A stretch of DNA of 26,086 nt. It comes from a virus (lineage: Duplodnaviria > Caudoviricetes). This document shows positions 14,690-21,805 of this stretch, piece after piece; position 1 is the stretch's first letter, and each line of letters opens with the position of its first letter. The notes beneath the pieces are model-generated. The model saw only the letters and a program-made list of their open reading frames with translations. It had not been told where the DNA came from and did no database searches. The stretch is taken from the IMG/VR virus record IMGVR_UViG_3300021560_001195, positions 1 to 26,086 of that record, one strand, 5' to 3'. The position numbers and the translations under genes were made by a program.

Positions 14690-15315
14690 CAAAACCTCAA
14701 CTTAAAATCGTATGCCGGACCCAAATCGCTGCCGCCACCGGGATTCCCACCGCCAGCCCATAGCACAACTTTTTCTTTCGTCAGCGTAGCGGCAAAAAGA
14801 TCGAGACCTGGCGAACCCGCAATTGCATAGTTGTTGCTGTCGGTCGTCGTGGCTACTTGCGTACCGTTCTGGGTCAACAGCAAAACATTTCCGATTACGA
14901 TGAAACGCCAAACGTCGTTGGCCGCGGGCACAAGCGTGAAGCTAGGCCCGATTTGATGCGCCACACCGGCGCTGTGCGCCTGAAACAGCGCGTTGTTGAC
15001 GCCCGTGATGATGTACGCCCGATAGTCCGTGTCGATTGCAGAACTTTGCCGAAGCAGCGGGATAAAGTATCCCGTGGCGTCCGCAACATAATCCGAGGAG
15101 ATGGTGATTTCCGCATACTGATCAGCGGGCCAGTTGCCCGCTGGCGGAACCGCTGCGGACCAATACGCGCCGCAATGCGTGCTGATCACCGAGGCCTCGC
15201 AAACATTCGCGGACGGCACTTGCAGCGGCGACATCGTTGGACACGTGGTGAATTTCCCTCCGTTGCTCAGAGGGTTCTCGATGGTGCTGAAGTTGTAGGA
15301 AGCCAGCTGGATCAT
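14689..15315 (-). CDS. ConA/LamG-like beta-sandwich protein with conserved C-terminal tag (copy 2)
   Basis: ATG 15315 in TGATG overlap. PAANDVWRFIVIGNVLLLTQNGTQVATTTDSNNYAIAGSPGL; ends GNPGGGSDLGPAYDFKLRF. Paralogous to copy 3. Confidence 0.75.
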   Translation of the reverse strand: MIQLASYNFSTIENPLSNGGKFTTCPTMSPLQVPSANVCEASVISTHCGAYWSAAVPPAGNWPADQYAEITISSDYVADATGYFIPLLRQSSAIDTDYRAYIITGVNNALFQAHSAGVAHQIGPSFTLVPAANDVWRFIVIGNVLLLTQNGTQVATTTDSNNYAIAGSPGLDLFAATLTKEKVVLWAGGGNPGGGSDLGPAYDFKLRF

Positions 15316-15995
15316 CACAACCTCAGCCGGAAATCGAATGCGGGTCCGATATCGCCGCCAGGATTCGGCGGCAAAACGGAAGTCAATCCTTTCGCCGCGA
15401 AATACGTGTACGTGCCGCCACTCGATCCAAAAGTCAGGCTGCCCTGATAGAGTCCGGGTGTCGAAATATTGCGGTCCATCAGAATCGCGTTGTCCGAGGC
15501 AGCGGTAGTTCTGAGAGTGCTGCCGTCACTGGGCGAATGGGTCACCGAGTTGTCGGTGCGGCCCATGAAGATCAGTGTCTCGTTGGTGTAGTTCGCGACG
15601 ATCGCGCCGGTGGTAAAGCTGGTTCCCAAGGGAAACGACAATTGCCCGATGGCATCATCGATCGGCGCCGCGGGATTTGCGGTGTACTCCGCGATGAAAA
15701 TCGCCAGCGTGTCGGAGTTTGGAAAATGCCCGGTAATGGTGAGCGCTCCGCTGCCCCCGGTGTTGAGCGCCCAGAAAACCTGGCTGCAGTTGCCGCCGAT
15801 GCTTCCTTGGCCGATGCCCACCCAACTATTCGAATGCGTATCGGTCACGCTGCCGAGCCGCGCATTGCTGCCGCTCGCGGCTAGCAGATGCGCCAGCAAA
15901 AAAGAATTGGCGGTGGTTCCGGCAAAACTTTGCGCCACGCTGGTAACCGCGGCCTGCACCACCTCTGTACTGACCTGGGAAAACGTCAGGCCCAC
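15315..15995 (-). CDS. Beta-rich protein with conserved C-terminal tag (copy 1)
   Basis: 226 aa, GTG start adjacent to the upstream stop, Ser/Thr/Gly-rich beta strands; ends PPNPGGDIGPAFDFRLRL. Confidence 0.75.
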   Translation of the reverse strand: MGLTFSQVSTEVVQAAVTSVAQSFAGTTANSFLLAHLLAASGSNARLGSVTDTHSNSWVGIGQGSIGGNCSQVFWALNTGGSGALTITGHFPNSDTLAIFIAEYTANPAAPIDDAIGQLSFPLGTSFTTGAIVANYTNETLIFMGRTDNSVTHSPSDGSTLRTTAASDNAILMDRNISTPGLYQGSLTFGSSGGTYTYFAAKGLTSVLPPNPGGDIGPAFDFRLRL

Positions 15996-16664
15996 TTACA
16001 TTCCTGTCGAAGTGGATTGGTAAATCTTGGCCCAGGTGGTGCCGGGACCGCCGGTAAACGCGGTGGTGTTCACGCGCACGAAGCGCACGTTGTTGGGCAC
16101 CTGCGCCACCACGGATCCGGTCAGCGTGGTTTGACTGGTGCCGATGATCTGATACTGCGCATCCACATCGTCGACGGCGCCCTCGAGCTGCAGCGCGATG
16201 GTCGCCGCGGTTGAGGCCCACACCATCGTGAGTCCGTAACCGCCTGCAGGATCAAGTGCGAATTGCTGGCCTTTGTTCACCGAAGTCGTTTCGCCCACAT
16301 CGACCGCAGTGAACAATGCCTGGCCGCCATCCGGCGTCGTCGCAAGATTGCCCGTCGTCGCCGGATACGTGATGGTGCCCACACCCGTCGCAGGCGTGAT
16401 AGTCACCGCGGTGGTCGCGACGTTTGAAACATTTGCGGCCGCACCCGCAACCACCGTTCCGGTCACCGTCACCAAAGCGCCGGTCGCCGGAATGTTGCCC
16501 TCGATGAGTTTCACCGTGGCGGTCACTACGTTGGCGGCCACCGCGAGCGCGGTGATGTACATGCGGCAGGGTTGCTGGCCGAGTGGGAAACTGCCCCAGC
16601 TGTAACTGGGCAACCCTGCAGTGATGCCGCGCCGTGTGGGCGGATTGTTCTGATAAGTCGGCAT
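15996..16664 (-). CDS. Putative virion structural protein (two beta domains)
   Basis: ATG 16664 (SD GAGG), 222 aa. Thr/Val/Ala-rich small beta-barrel-like segment followed by jelly-roll-like LQLEGAVDD...VRFVRVN. Confidence 0.7.
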   Translation of the reverse strand: MPTYQNNPPTRRGITAGLPSYSWGSFPLGQQPCRMYITALAVAANVVTATVKLIEGNIPATGALVTVTGTVVAGAAANVSNVATTAVTITPATGVGTITYPATTGNLATTPDGGQALFTAVDVGETTSVNKGQQFALDPAGGYGLTMVWASTAATIALQLEGAVDDVDAQYQIIGTSQTTLTGSVVAQVPNNVRFVRVNTTAFTGGPGTTWAKIYQSTSTGM

Positions 16665-16672
16665 CGCGCACC

Positions 16673-17191
16673 TCAGGTGGAGGGTTCGATCGTGTAGTAC
16701 ACCGTGATGTGGCAAGTGCCGGTGCCTGCCGCAAAGTTGTTGGTCACCTTCGAAATGGTCAACGGCGCGTTGTCATCGGTCGGCGGATTTCCGGCAGTGT
16801 CCGTGGCCACCGAATAATTCCAAATGCGCTGGATGGCGCGATTTGGCGAAACGGTAGTCAGGAAAATCGCGTTGCTCGCGAGCGCAAACGATGCGGAGCC
16901 GATGTTGAACTGCACCGCGCCGCCTACATCGGTGTACGCCGCGCCACCGCCAATCAGGCGGATGATGATACCCACCGGATTGATCATAAAACCCGTTACG
17001 CCTGGCGCCGGAACCAGCGTCACCGGAGTCGAGAGCAACGCTAGCAGCTGCGCGGAACTCAAAGTGACATCGGCAACTTGCAAGCCCGCGCACGGCGACG
17101 GACCCACCGCATAGCTTGGACCCCACTGCCCCGCAACCAAAGTGTTCGCGGTAATCGGATTCGCCGGTGAAACTACAAACGGAGGTGCCAT
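16673..17191 (-). CDS. Putative capsid decoration/minor structural protein
   Basis: 172 aa, SD AAGGAG, VTLSSAQLLALLSTPVTLVPAPG...GTGTCHITVYY. First large gene of the late block; function inferred. Confidence 0.6.
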   Translation of the reverse strand: MAPPFVVSPANPITANTLVAGQWGPSYAVGPSPCAGLQVADVTLSSAQLLALLSTPVTLVPAPGVTGFMINPVGIIIRLIGGGAAYTDVGGAVQFNIGSASFALASNAIFLTTVSPNRAIQRIWNYSVATDTAGNPPTDDNAPLTISKVTNNFAAGTGTCHITVYYTIEPST

Positions 17192-17201
17192 ATTTTCTCC
17201 T

Positions 17202-17426
17202 TCAGTTCTGGATTAATTGCAAAACGAGATGATGGTCGGACATGCGCGGCATCCAGATCTGGCTGGTGCGAGCGAAGAGTTTGGCGGAGGTGAAATGGCG
17301 GCGGCGGCCTGTGCCCCTCGCTCGCACTACCAACTGCGATCCATGCAAGCGAAGCGCAGCATCGAGCGGAATGTTTCCTACGCGGAATCCGTAAGCGTTG
17401 TACAACGGCAGGCTTGGAGACACCAC
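17202..17426 (-). CDS. Hypothetical protein
   Basis: 74 aa, basic, GTG start with SD GAAGGA. Confidence 0.55.
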   Translation of the reverse strand: MVSPSLPLYNAYGFRVGNIPLDAALRLHGSQLVVRARGTGRRRHFTSAKLFARTSQIWMPRMSDHHLVLQLIQN

Positions 17427-17490
17427 GACTGTCCTTCGTTAACCGGATTGTCGCATCCGATTGCCCCGTGGGGTTGCGCCTGATGGTTTC

Positions 17491-17519
17491 AAAAACTACA
17501 GCGAAGCCCGTAAGGCTGT
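17491..17519 (-). terminator. Possible weak terminator at the middle/late boundary
   Basis: On the minus strand ACAGC...GCTGT is followed by AGTTTTT, directly after the 17519 stop. Confidence 0.3.
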
Positions 17520-18010
17520 CAAGGAGTTGGCGGCAGCTCGTTCATCGGATGCAAAGCTTCTTGCGGCGCAAACCACGCCGGATCGCGTCCGTTGCCGCCA
17601 TCGGTCCACCACGCTGACTGCTGCTTCGCTTCGTAGCCGTACAGCCAACCGCACAAATAAAATACCGGCGCCAGGTGCGACAACACCAGAATGAAAGGGC
17701 GCTCATCCGCATCGTCCGGTCGAATGATCAGCGAACCCTTCGCCAGTGCTGTGGTGCGCACACCGTGCCCCGCCACATCCGGAAGTCCGTAAGTGTTCAA
17801 GTTCCCGCTGTGATACACGTTCATCCATTTGCTCACCACTTTTTCGCCGCATGCGCCGTCGCAGTCCACTTGCCAGCGATTCAGCGGATTCGTGCCATGC
17901 TTGTCCGGACGATCGACCGTCGCCACACGGCGAGCCACGCCATCCATCGCGGCCATGAACCATTCGTGTTTGCTGAGTGTGACTTTGATCCAGTCGCCTG
18001 GTGTGCTCAT
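17519..18010 (-). CDS. Hypothetical phage protein (possible restriction-endonuclease-like fold)
   Basis: 163 aa; DGACGEKVV, PDVAGHGVRTT and LCGWLYG motifs suggest a PD-(D/E)XK-like fold (inference). Confidence 0.6.
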   Translation of the reverse strand: MSTPGDWIKVTLSKHEWFMAAMDGVARRVATVDRPDKHGTNPLNRWQVDCDGACGEKVVSKWMNVYHSGNLNTYGLPDVAGHGVRTTALAKGSLIIRPDDADERPFILVLSHLAPVFYLCGWLYGYEAKQQSAWWTDGGNGRDPAWFAPQEALHPMNELPPTP

Positions 18011-18252
18011 TTCGCGGGCAGCTCGTCCACAAACTTTCTCGCCGCTTCCCAGGCTGCCAGGCGATCCGGCAAACTCACGCCGCTGCCCACAAAGCGCCCA
18101 TCCTCCCGTAGCATCTCAGCATGCGTTTTGTATTCGCCGCGCTTCACTACCCAACTCCAATCGTGATCCACTTTGTCGTGCAAGGTCACAATAGTGTGGC
18201 CCTTGTAATCCATCATCTGCTGATCTTCGTACAACAAATATGCTGGAATCAT
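18007..18252 (-). CDS. Hypothetical protein
   Basis: 81 aa, 4-bp overlaps on both sides. Confidence 0.6.
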   Translation of the reverse strand: MIPAYLLYEDQQMMDYKGHTIVTLHDKVDHDWSWVVKRGEYKTHAEMLREDGRFVGSGVSLPDRLAAWEAARKFVDELPAK

Positions 18253-18626
18253 TTCGCGACCTCCTGATCGATCACGTAAATCGTAAGCCGCACACCTACT
18301 TCGGTGCGCTCATACTCCTTCGTCCACATGCCCTCGTCAACTTGTTCGTCATTCGTCCACACCACCCCCTGCAACGCATCCATCAGCAGTTTTTCCAAGT
18401 TGTCGCCATCGCCACGGTGCCGCACATAAAACTTGGCTACGAATCCGAAACGCGATACGCCATCGAGGCGCAGCTTCGGCTCGAGACACTTCACTTCCCA
18501 ACCGAGTTGCTGCGCCGTGGCAGTGACTTTCTTGTCCGTGTAGTACACCAGACCGTGGCGCCGCGCTCGCTTCCACGCACGCATCTCCATGCGGATGAAG
18601 TGATCGAAAATTATTTTGGTGTTCAC
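18249..18626 (-). CDS. rusA: RusA-family Holliday junction resolvase
   Basis: GDGDNLEKLLMDALQGVVWTNDEQV matches the RusA catalytic pattern DxDNxxKxxxDALxGxxxxDDxQV. Confidence 0.85.
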   Translation of the reverse strand: MNTKIIFDHFIRMEMRAWKRARRHGLVYYTDKKVTATAQQLGWEVKCLEPKLRLDGVSRFGFVAKFYVRHRGDGDNLEKLLMDALQGVVWTNDEQVDEGMWTKEYERTEVGVRLTIYVIDQEVAK

Positions 18627-18973
18627 TCCGACTTCGCCGCTTGTTCGTTCACCTCGAGTGCCACTGCGGCCCAGTCCACGCGATCGAGTACCTGCCGCGT
18701 CATCACTTTCTGAAACGCATCCGCCGCGGTGTTCTTCTCCACAATGTCCCGCAAATCATCCGCCGTGATTTCCATCGCCTTTCCTCCCGTCACAATCGCC
18801 GGTGTCTCTGGTCTCCCCGCGTCCGGCCCGATAGTGTTCTGCGTGTACTGCGGCCTGTACTTGTATGCCCCCGCCATCACATTCCTCCTGATCTGTTTCT
18901 CGAAAGCCACCTGGCGGTCCAGCACGCCCAGATAGTTTTCGCGCCACTCACGAAATATCTCCGCGAGGTTCAT
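18623..18973 (-). CDS. Hypothetical protein
   Basis: 116 aa, abuts or overlaps both neighbours. Confidence 0.65.
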   Translation of the reverse strand: MNLAEIFREWRENYLGVLDRQVAFEKQIRRNVMAGAYKYRPQYTQNTIGPDAGRPETPAIVTGGKAMEITADDLRDIVEKNTAADAFQKVMTRQVLDRVDWAAVALEVNEQAAKSE

Positions 18974-19999
18974 TCATTGCCCCCACAAAATGCTGGCCAG
19001 CACCATGGTCGATGGGTTCACTCGCAAGGTCGCCTTGATCCCTGTGGCCATGTTCTGGTTCACAAAACTCTGGTCCGTGCCCACCGTGATCCCCGTACTG
19101 TTTCCACTCGCTTGCTCCGTCACGTACAAACCTGTCGCGTTGTTGAACACGTTTAGCTTGAAGATATACGGCAACTTCGGATCCCACGCCATCGTTCCTG
19201 TCGCCGTGCCGGTGCCATCAGTCTGACTCGTCGCCATCATGTTCCAGTTGTTTCCCGTCGTATCCGCCGCTTGAAAAAATTGCACCGAATAGCCAATGCC
19301 AAACGGCGTGTTGGTGCTGTCGGCCCACTGCAGCGTCACCGCATACGTCACGTACGGCGTCAGCTGCACACCTTCGTAAATCGCACCGCCTTTCACGTTG
19401 GTGATTACAATCTGCACCTGGCCCTGATGCTGCCCCGCAGTGTTTACCGTCACGTTCTTGATCTCGTCGATGGCAATGCCTTTTCCGCCAGTCACCGCAA
19501 CGATGTCAAAGTTCGTGAGCCAGGGCACCGCGTTGATCGCGATGTCCATCACCCGCTGCCCTGGCGCAGTGTAGTAAATCTCAGCAAACTTCATGTCCAA
19601 GGTGTACGTGCCAGGCGGCGTCTGAAACGTCAGCGTCAGCGTTTCACCATTGCTCACCCGCGGATGCTGAAACAGCGCTTGGTTCGTGTCGCACGGTGTC
19701 GCGCCCGTGATCGGCGGCGCATTCGCACTTACGTAGTTCGTCGCACTGCCGGAATTGAAATAGCCTGCATCCGTCGCCCACACGTTGTTCTGGCAATCTG
19801 TGTATGTGACCGGATCCGTCGTCGAGCCGCCAGGATAAACGCGAATCACCGGATCCGGCGGCGGCACCTTCGGCGGTATCGGATTCGGCGGCACCTGCGC
19901 CATGGCGTTCCCGTCCACCAGCATCATCACCGCGATCGCTACGATCAGCGCCGCAAGAAAAATCAAAACTGAAATCACATTGCGCCAGGTCTGTGTCAT
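18974..19999 (-). CDS. Exported/membrane-anchored malectin-domain protein
   Basis: 341 aa: N-terminal hydrophobic helix ending AMA-Q, Pro-rich linker, malectin motifs YTDCQNNVWATD and GTYTLDMKFAEIYYTAPGQRVMDIAINAVPWLTNFDIVAVTGG, then a second beta domain. Confidence 0.85.
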   Translation of the reverse strand: MTQTWRNVISVLIFLAALIVAIAVMMLVDGNAMAQVPPNPIPPKVPPPDPVIRVYPGGSTTDPVTYTDCQNNVWATDAGYFNSGSATNYVSANAPPITGATPCDTNQALFQHPRVSNGETLTLTFQTPPGTYTLDMKFAEIYYTAPGQRVMDIAINAVPWLTNFDIVAVTGGKGIAIDEIKNVTVNTAGQHQGQVQIVITNVKGGAIYEGVQLTPYVTYAVTLQWADSTNTPFGIGYSVQFFQAADTTGNNWNMMATSQTDGTGTATGTMAWDPKLPYIFKLNVFNNATGLYVTEQASGNSTGITVGTDQSFVNQNMATGIKATLRVNPSTMVLASILWGQ

Positions 20000-20202
20000 G
20001 GCTGCTCCTTCCGCGCCTCGAGCAATTTGCGCAATTCAATCGCGAAGCTTTTGCACATCAGGTTGTAGTGCGGCGTGTCTTCGTCGTCTTGTTCAAGTTC
20101 TTCATACCATTCCGCCATCTTTTCCACCGCTGCACGCAACTCCCAGCGACAAGCGCAAGTCGGATGGCCGCACACGCCGCAGTAGTACACCACTGGAGTC
20201 AT
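19996..20202 (-). CDS. Small Cys-cluster protein
   Basis: 68 aa, CGVCGHPTCAC, ATGA overlaps. Confidence 0.6.
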   Translation of the reverse strand: MTPVVYYCGVCGHPTCACRWELRAAVEKMAEWYEELEQDDEDTPHYNLMCKSFAIELRKLLEARKEQP

Positions 20203-20414
20203 GGCTCACTCCTGCGGTGTCCGTTGATGTCCACATACTGCCCGCTCAGGATCTGATCCGCAATGCGATCGAGCTGCTGATGCGTCGACAGTTCGCCGGT
20301 CAGGATGGCGCGAGCAATCTGGTGCGCAGTCATCGAGGCGCCGATGATCCATCCGAAATAAAACATCAGCGATGCAAACAGCAGCAGCGCAACAACAAAC
20401 AAAAACATTTTCAC
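20199..20414 (-). CDS. Small membrane protein
   Basis: 71 aa, N-terminal TM helix, 4-bp overlaps. Confidence 0.6.
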   Translation of the reverse strand: MKMFLFVVALLLFASLMFYFGWIIGASMTAHQIARAILTGELSTHQQLDRIADQILSGQYVDINGHRRSEP

Positions 20415-20626
20415 GGGCGCACCTCACCTTTCCTGAAAGGAATGCCGCACACTTTGTCGTCGCCTCGTCCGCTTGGGTTGAGCCACATCAAATGCAAAGA
20501 CTTCTCGCTTTGCACCATGGTGCAGAAAGCTTCCTGAGAAATAACCAGCGAAGCGATGGCGATTCCGTAGCGCAGCAAATCCTGCTGCGCACGTCGAATC
20601 GCTTCGAAAGCATCGTCATCACTCAT
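20411..20626 (-). CDS. Hypothetical protein
   Basis: Start reassigned to ATG 20626 (MSDDDAF..., SD AAGGAG), 71 aa. Confidence 0.6.
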   Translation of the reverse strand: MSDDDAFEAIRRAQQDLLRYGIAIASLVISQEAFCTMVQSEKSLHLMWLNPSGRGDDKVCGIPFRKGEVRP

Positions 20627-20861
20627 TGATCTTCTCCTTCTGCGGCAATCCAGTATTGAACATCCACAGCAGCGCCAGGATGAAGGCGGCGAATTGCGCA
20701 CGGCTGCGCACGCCGCCGAAATACCCTTCGTACACCGTTTGCGCAATTTCAAACGCTTCCATCTTCTCGCGGTCGCCAGCGGCATCGGCACCGCGCACCA
20801 TGTACTCACAAGCGGCGTGGAATTTTTCCGGTGTGTTCATGCGGTTTCCTTTCTGCAACAT
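20619..20861 (-). CDS. Hypothetical protein
   Basis: 80 aa from ATG 20861 (SD AGGAG); alternative start 20840 (SD AAGGA). Confidence 0.6.
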   Translation of the reverse strand: MLQKGNRMNTPEKFHAACEYMVRGADAAGDREKMEAFEIAQTVYEGYFGGVRSRAQFAAFILALLWMFNTGLPQKEKINE

Positions 20862-20947
20862 TTGTTTCTCCTAAATCGCCAATGTTTATGCGGGTATTCG
20901 CGTTTGAGCTCGGCCGCGGCCAGCTCGCCGGCGAAACATTTGTTTCA
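20854..20947. promoter_or_regulatory. Second pair of the 16-bp operator-like palindrome
   Basis: TGCAACATTTGTTTCT (20854-20869, 14/16 identical to the 556-571 site) and CGAAACATTTGTTTCA (20932-20947, 15/16) bracket an intergenic gap. Confidence 0.55.
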
Positions 20948-21184
20948 CAGCTTCTTTTTGTTCACCAGATCGCGAAACGCTTTGCGGCTTTCTTCGTACA
21001 GCTTCAGCGTGTCCTCGATCGAAATATTGGTGCGCAACGTGATGTCTGGATCGCAATTGCACTCGCCGCCGCGAAAGCAATTGCACCAATCGTCGTGGCG
21101 CACCAGTAGATCATTCAAGCCAACGCTGGGCTGCAGTTCGCCAGTGGCGAACATGCGCTCGAGTTTTTTCTGGTAGTTGTTCAC
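20945..21184 (-). CDS. Small Cys/His metal-binding hypothetical protein
   Basis: 79 aa, VRHDDWCNCFRGGECNCDPD. Confidence 0.65.
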   Translation of the reverse strand: MNNYQKKLERMFATGELQPSVGLNDLLVRHDDWCNCFRGGECNCDPDITLRTNISIEDTLKLYEESRKAFRDLVNKKKL

Positions 21185-21402
21185 TGTTCCTTCTCCGTTT
21201 GCACTCGTGCAGTCGTCAGCTCGATCGCGAACTTATCTTCCATGTAGCGCTGCAAAACTTTCAGCACGTAATACGCTTCGCCAGGTGTGGCGCCGCGCTG
21301 CTGCAGAAATTCCAATACATCGCCGCAAAAGTGTGACATGCGTTCGCGAAACTCCGGATTCGTCGTGTCCATGAACTCAATCGTGTTGCGCTCATTCGTC
21401 AT
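21181..21402 (-). CDS. Hypothetical protein
   Basis: 73 aa, overlapping both neighbours. Confidence 0.6.
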   Translation of the reverse strand: MTNERNTIEFMDTTNPEFRERMSHFCGDVLEFLQQRGATPGEAYYVLKVLQRYMEDKFAIELTTARVQTEKEQ

Positions 21403-21595
21403 TTTCGCGCTCCTTTTTCACAGCGCGTGCGGACGCCGGGAGACCGAAAAGATCTTCGAGCGAGCCCTGGCGGGATTCTTTCTCTCTGGCTTTACCGCGA
21501 GGGCGGGGAGCGAAGGAGCAGTACTTGACGTGGCGTTTAAGGGCGGGCAGGGAAGGGAAGTCGGTACGACGGCACCAGGGGCAAAATGGGATCAT
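21392..21595 (-). CDS. Small C2HC zinc-finger protein
   Basis: 67 aa, CPWCRRTDFPSLPALKRHVKYC plus a basic tail. Confidence 0.6.
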   Translation of the reverse strand: MIPFCPWCRRTDFPSLPALKRHVKYCSFAPRPRGKAREKESRQGSLEDLFGLPASARAVKKERENDE

Positions 21596-21605
21596 TTTGG
21601 GCTCC

Positions 21606-21795
21606 GGACAGATGCGGACAGTTGGAGGGCGGAAAACGAACTGTCCACACGCTGCTCTTATATATGTCTATCAATCTCTCTCTCTCTCTCCATATAAGAG
21701 AGTTAACATGGCAACTGTACGCAACTGTACGCAGAACTGTCACAAGGAAAAAGAGGTATCGATAGACATGTATAGACCCCCCTGCGTACAGTTGG
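21606..21795. repeat. Putative replication origin: iterons, AT-rich core and (TC)8 tract
   Basis: Tandem GCAACTGTAC x2 + GCAGAACTGTC (21711-21741); inverted CTGCGTACAGTTG (21782-21794); GGACAGATG, GGACAGTTG and AACTGTCC (21606-21646); CTCTTATAT/ATATAAGAG around (TC)8; ATGTCTATC/GATAGACAT. Lies immediately downstream of the replication gene. Confidence 0.65.
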
Positions 21796-21805
21796 GTAAA
21801 ACGGC

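Noticed and set aside
13997-15372. Repeated 3' ends as DGR template/variable repeats or a CRISPR-like array
   Set aside because: Differences are not adenine-specific, the repeats are short and coding, no reverse transcriptase is in the window, and spacing is gene-length.
16414-16440. TGAAACATTTG partial operator copy
   Set aside because: It is inside a CDS and the second half-site is absent.
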